In this document: positions 1-4,049 of the stretch, piece after piece
Position numbering within the stretch: position 1 is the first letter of the stretch
How the letters are laid out: each line of letters starts with the position of its first letter
DNA from: a virus
Lineage: Duplodnaviria > Heunggongvirae > Uroviricota > Caudoviricetes
Length of the DNA: 4,049 bases
Reading direction: 5' to 3' (one strand)
Virus record (IMG/VR): IMGVR_UViG_2698536549_000014
Translations under genes and position numbers: made by a program
Notes under the pieces: model-generated
Seen by the model: the letters and a program-made list of their open reading frames with translations, nothing else
The model's database searches: none
What the model was told of the DNA's origin: nothing

Positions 1-2411
<2,411 letters not shown>

Positions 2412-2416
2412 TCACG

Positions 2417-2420
2417 CTCC
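2417..2420 (-). promoter_or_regulatory. Shine-Dalgarno (GGAG) for J, 8 nt upstream of the ATG
   Basis: Minus-strand sequence reads GGAGCGTGAGGA-ATG. The GGAG at 2420..2417 has canonical spacing; a second GAGG at 2413..2410 is too close to the ATG to be the main site. Confidence 0.5.
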
Positions 2421-2430
2421 ATAAACGACA

Positions 2431-2450
2431 AAACCGCCCGGAGGCGGTTT
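2431..2450 (-). other. Perfect 8-bp inverted repeat with 4-nt loop in the I-J spacer (possible attenuator or RNA structure)
   Basis: Plus strand AAACCGCC-cgga-GGCGGTTT is directly visible. On the transcribed (minus) strand the hairpin is followed by UUUUGUCGUUUAU and lies 10-29 nt upstream of the J start codon. Confidence 0.45.
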
Positions 2451-2467
2451 CACATAAACGTTTTTCA

Positions 2468-3115
2468 TCAGCGACCAATCACCACAACCTGACCACCATC
2501 CCCTTCGTCTGCCGTGCTGATCTCCTGAGAGACCACCCGCGACCCCACGCGCATTTCACCGTACAGAACCGGCAGAACATTGCCCTGGGCAACCATGTTA
2601 TCCAGTGAGGAGAAATAGGTGTTCTGTTTGCCGTTATCTGTACTGGCTGCCGTGGGCGTCCTGGCTTTCGGTGCCAGCATCTGCGCCACTCCGCCCAAGA
2701 TCATACTGGCCCCTGCCGCATACATGCCCGATACAGCCGCGGCCCCCAGCCAGCCCACAGGGTTCCACCATGCCACCGCAATCAGCGCCGCCCCAAGCAC
2801 CACCTGAAACACACCGCCACTTTTAGCTCCCGCCAGACGCGGCACGATGTGGATCACGGCACCATTTGCCAGCGGCTCATTAAGACGGGCAGATAATTCA
2901 TTTTCGCCTGCATCACGCCCGGCAATGCGCACCTGATACCAGCCCTCATTCAGTTTCTGACGAAACACCGGGAGCTGTGTGGCCAGTGCCCGGATGGCTT
3001 CAGCCCCCGTTTTCACACGAAGGTCGATACGGCGACCAAATCGTTGCAAATCCCCGTAAAGGCAGATGCGTGCCATGCCCGGTGACGCCAGAGGGAGTGT
3101 GTGCGTCGCTGCCAT
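2468..3115 (-). CDS. I: Tail-tip assembly protein I (gpI-like), 215 aa
   Basis: Complete ORF in the track (MAATHTLPLASPGMARICLYGDLQRFGRRIDLRVKTGAEAIRALATQLP ... VVSQEISTADEGDGGQVVVIGR), with both termini recognised as lambda gpI. Sits between K and J as in lambda. AGAGG lies 11 nt upstream of the ATG. Confidence 0.9.
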   Translation of the reverse strand: MAATHTLPLASPGMARICLYGDLQRFGRRIDLRVKTGAEAIRALATQLPVFRQKLNEGWYQVRIAGRDAGENELSARLNEPLANGAVIHIVPRLAGAKSGGVFQVVLGAALIAVAWWNPVGWLGAAAVSGMYAAGASMILGGVAQMLAPKARTPTAASTDNGKQNTYFSSLDNMVAQGNVLPVLYGEMRVGSRVVSQEISTADEGDGGQVVVIGR

Positions 3116-3756
3116 TTGTCGGTGTACCTCTCTCGTTTACTCAGTTGTTCAGGAATATGGTGCAGCAGCTCGCCGTCGCCACAGTAAATGGCGGCATGAT
3201 TCGGCACCGATGAACCAAAACAGCACAGCAGCACATCGCCCGGTTGTGCTGATGACAACGGCACCTGATACAGCCCTGTGGCCTCCAGATTATCCAGATA
3301 GAGATTCTGGCCGTTACGCCACCAGTCATCCTCACGATAAAAGTCCGGCATCTCAATCCCCGCCAGATGATAAGCATCCCGGAACAGTGTGTAACAGTCC
3401 GTCACACCGTGCTCAAAGCGCCGCCCGGTGAGATGCGGCACACAGCGGAACTTATGAATCGTCCCCCGGCAGACCAGCCACCACGGCAAATCACTCTGCA
3501 CCTGCAGCCGCCGGTCGGCCTCACTCAGCCAGGGCAGACCACCGGGGTGGCTGTGGACCAGCGCCACAATCTCACCCTGCATTTCTGCCTGCAGCCAGTC
3601 TTCCGGCGACATACGGAAATACGCCTCCGGCTCACCGGAGATATTCACGCAGGGGAAATATCTTTCCCCCTCCGGCGTGCTTACCACGAAGCCGCACGAC
3701 TCCGCTGGCGCACATCGCCGGGCGTGCGCCAGAATCGCTGATTCTGTCTGTGTCAT
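3013..3756 (-). CDS. K: Tail-tip assembly protein K (gpK-like), 247 aa; N-terminal JAB/MPN metallopeptidase-like domain fused to a C-terminal NlpC/P60-like cysteine peptidase domain
   Basis: Complete ORF in the track starting MTQTESAILAHARRCAPAESCGFVV, recognised as lambda gpK. A JAMM-type motif H68-S-H70-x7-S78-x2-D81 (HSHPGGLPWLSEAD) has an upstream ESCG glutamate at E19. An NlpC/P60-like Cys sits in GVTDCYTLF (C121), with downstream His residues (NHAAIY, LLHHIPE). The ORF starts 5 nt after the L stop codon. Confidence 0.9.
   Translation of the reverse strand: MTQTESAILAHARRCAPAESCGFVVSTPEGERYFPCVNISGEPEAYFRMSPEDWLQAEMQGEIVALVHSHPGGLPWLSEADRRLQVQSDLPWWLVCRGTIHKFRCVPHLTGRRFEHGVTDCYTLFRDAYHLAGIEMPDFYREDDWWRNGQNLYLDNLEATGLYQVPLSSAQPGDVLLCCFGSSVPNHAAIYCGDGELLHHIPEQLSKRERYTDKWQRRTHSLWRHRAWHASAFTGICNDLVAVSTFV
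3127..3131 (-). promoter_or_regulatory. Probable Shine-Dalgarno (AGAGG) for I, located inside the K coding sequence
   Basis: Minus strand reads CGAGAGAGGTACACCGACAA-ATG. Spacing of 11 nt is on the long side. Confidence 0.35.
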
Positions 3757-3761
3757 GGGAT

Positions 3762-4049
3762 TTACTGCGAAAGTTTGTTAATGGAAAGGAAGCCGCCAAA
3801 GTTGCCAACGTTATTGCGGAACTTACAACCGCTCAGGCATTTGCTGCATTTATCCTTCGTGATATCGGACGTTGGCTGGTCATATTCATCCGCGACAGCC
3901 GGACCGCTATAACCGCACTCGTCACCGCGATAGGTCCAGGTGCAGGTGTTGGCCAGCATGATACGTCCCGGAAAAACAGCGCCGTCCGTTTCCGTCGGCG
4001 TGGACAGTACAAAAGAGGCACTCACCGCGCTCAGTTCGCTGCACTGCTC
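3762..4049 (-). CDS. L: Minor tail / tail-tip protein L (gpL-like), C-terminal portion; the 5' part of the gene lies beyond the window end
   Basis: Minus-strand frame is open from the window edge (EQCSELSAVSASFVLSTPTETDG...) to a TAA at 3764..3762, ending ...CSKCLSGCKFRNNVGNFGGFLSINKLSQ, which I recognise as the lambda gpL C-terminus. The track's GTG start at 4025 is internal. The Cys-rich C-terminus fits the reported metal-cluster-binding region of gpL. Confidence 0.85.
   Translation of the reverse strand, partial: EQCSELSAVSASFVLSTPTETDGAVFPGRIMLANTCTWTYRGDECGYSGPAVADEYDQPTSDITKDKCSKCLSGCKFRNNVGNFGGFLSINKLSQ

Noticed and set aside
2431-2450. The I-J hairpin as a strong rho-independent terminator ending the operon before J
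   Set aside because: The stem is short (8 bp including 3 A-U pairs) and the U-tract is interrupted. J must be expressed from the same late transcript, and its Shine-Dalgarno and ATG follow immediately. At most it is an attenuator or structural element, so I kept it only as a low-confidence finding.
2605-2826. Plus-strand ORFs of 73 aa and 62 aa (2605..2826, 2619..2807) opposite gene I
   Set aside because: They are antisense to the well-supported I gene. The Pro/Ala-rich translations mirror the Gly/Ala-rich codons of I on the other strand, and there is no independent start signal.
2977-3741. Plus-strand ORFs 2977..3213, 3066..3431 and 3367..3741, and minus-strand ORF 3141..3377
   Set aside because: The plus-strand ORFs are antisense to K and I. 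The minus-strand 3141..3377 ORF is an alternative frame inside K with a Cys/Arg-rich nonsense-like translation. None has start signals or recognisable motifs.
3610-3756. Using the internal Met49 of K (ATG at 3612..3610) as the true K start, giving the classical 199-aa product
   Set aside because: The upstream 48 codons are in-frame and open, begin with an ATG 5 nt after the L stop, and contain the ESCG glutamate expected for a complete JAMM/MPN fold. The longer ORF is the more parsimonious gene model, though the shorter form cannot be excluded without experimental start mapping.
3762-4025. The track's 87-aa ORF (GTG start at 4025) taken as a complete small gene, and the nested ORF 3833..4021
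   Set aside because: The frame stays open upstream to the window edge (EQCSELSAV...). This is the C-terminal part of the longer L gene and not a separate small gene. The nested ORF is in another frame with a basic low-complexity translation.

Overview
The window is one contiguous stretch of a lambda-like (lambdoid) phage or prophage tail-tip operon, with every real gene on the minus strand. Reading in transcription order (high to low coordinates) it holds the 3' end of minor tail protein L (3762..4049, runs off the window), tail-tip assembly protein K (3013..3756), tail-tip assembly protein I (2468..3115, overlapping K by 103 nt in another frame), a 59-nt spacer with a small hairpin, and the first 802 codons of the central tail fibre / host-specificity protein J (1..2408, runs off the window). 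My own translation of the minus strand gives [16 protein letters not shown]... at the J start and ...[26 protein letters not shown] at the window edge, which I recognise as phage lambda gpJ. All plus-strand ORFs in the track are antisense artefacts of this GC-rich coding DNA. I see no rRNA, tRNA, CRISPR array, insertion sequence or integrase. I do not find a previously undescribed system: this is a well-characterised structural module. The points worth a second look are the JAB/MPN plus NlpC/P60 architecture of K, the ubiquitin-like-plus-diGly architecture of I, the K/I overlap, and the I-J spacer hairpin. All homology statements rest on recognition from memory and by-eye translation; no database search was run.
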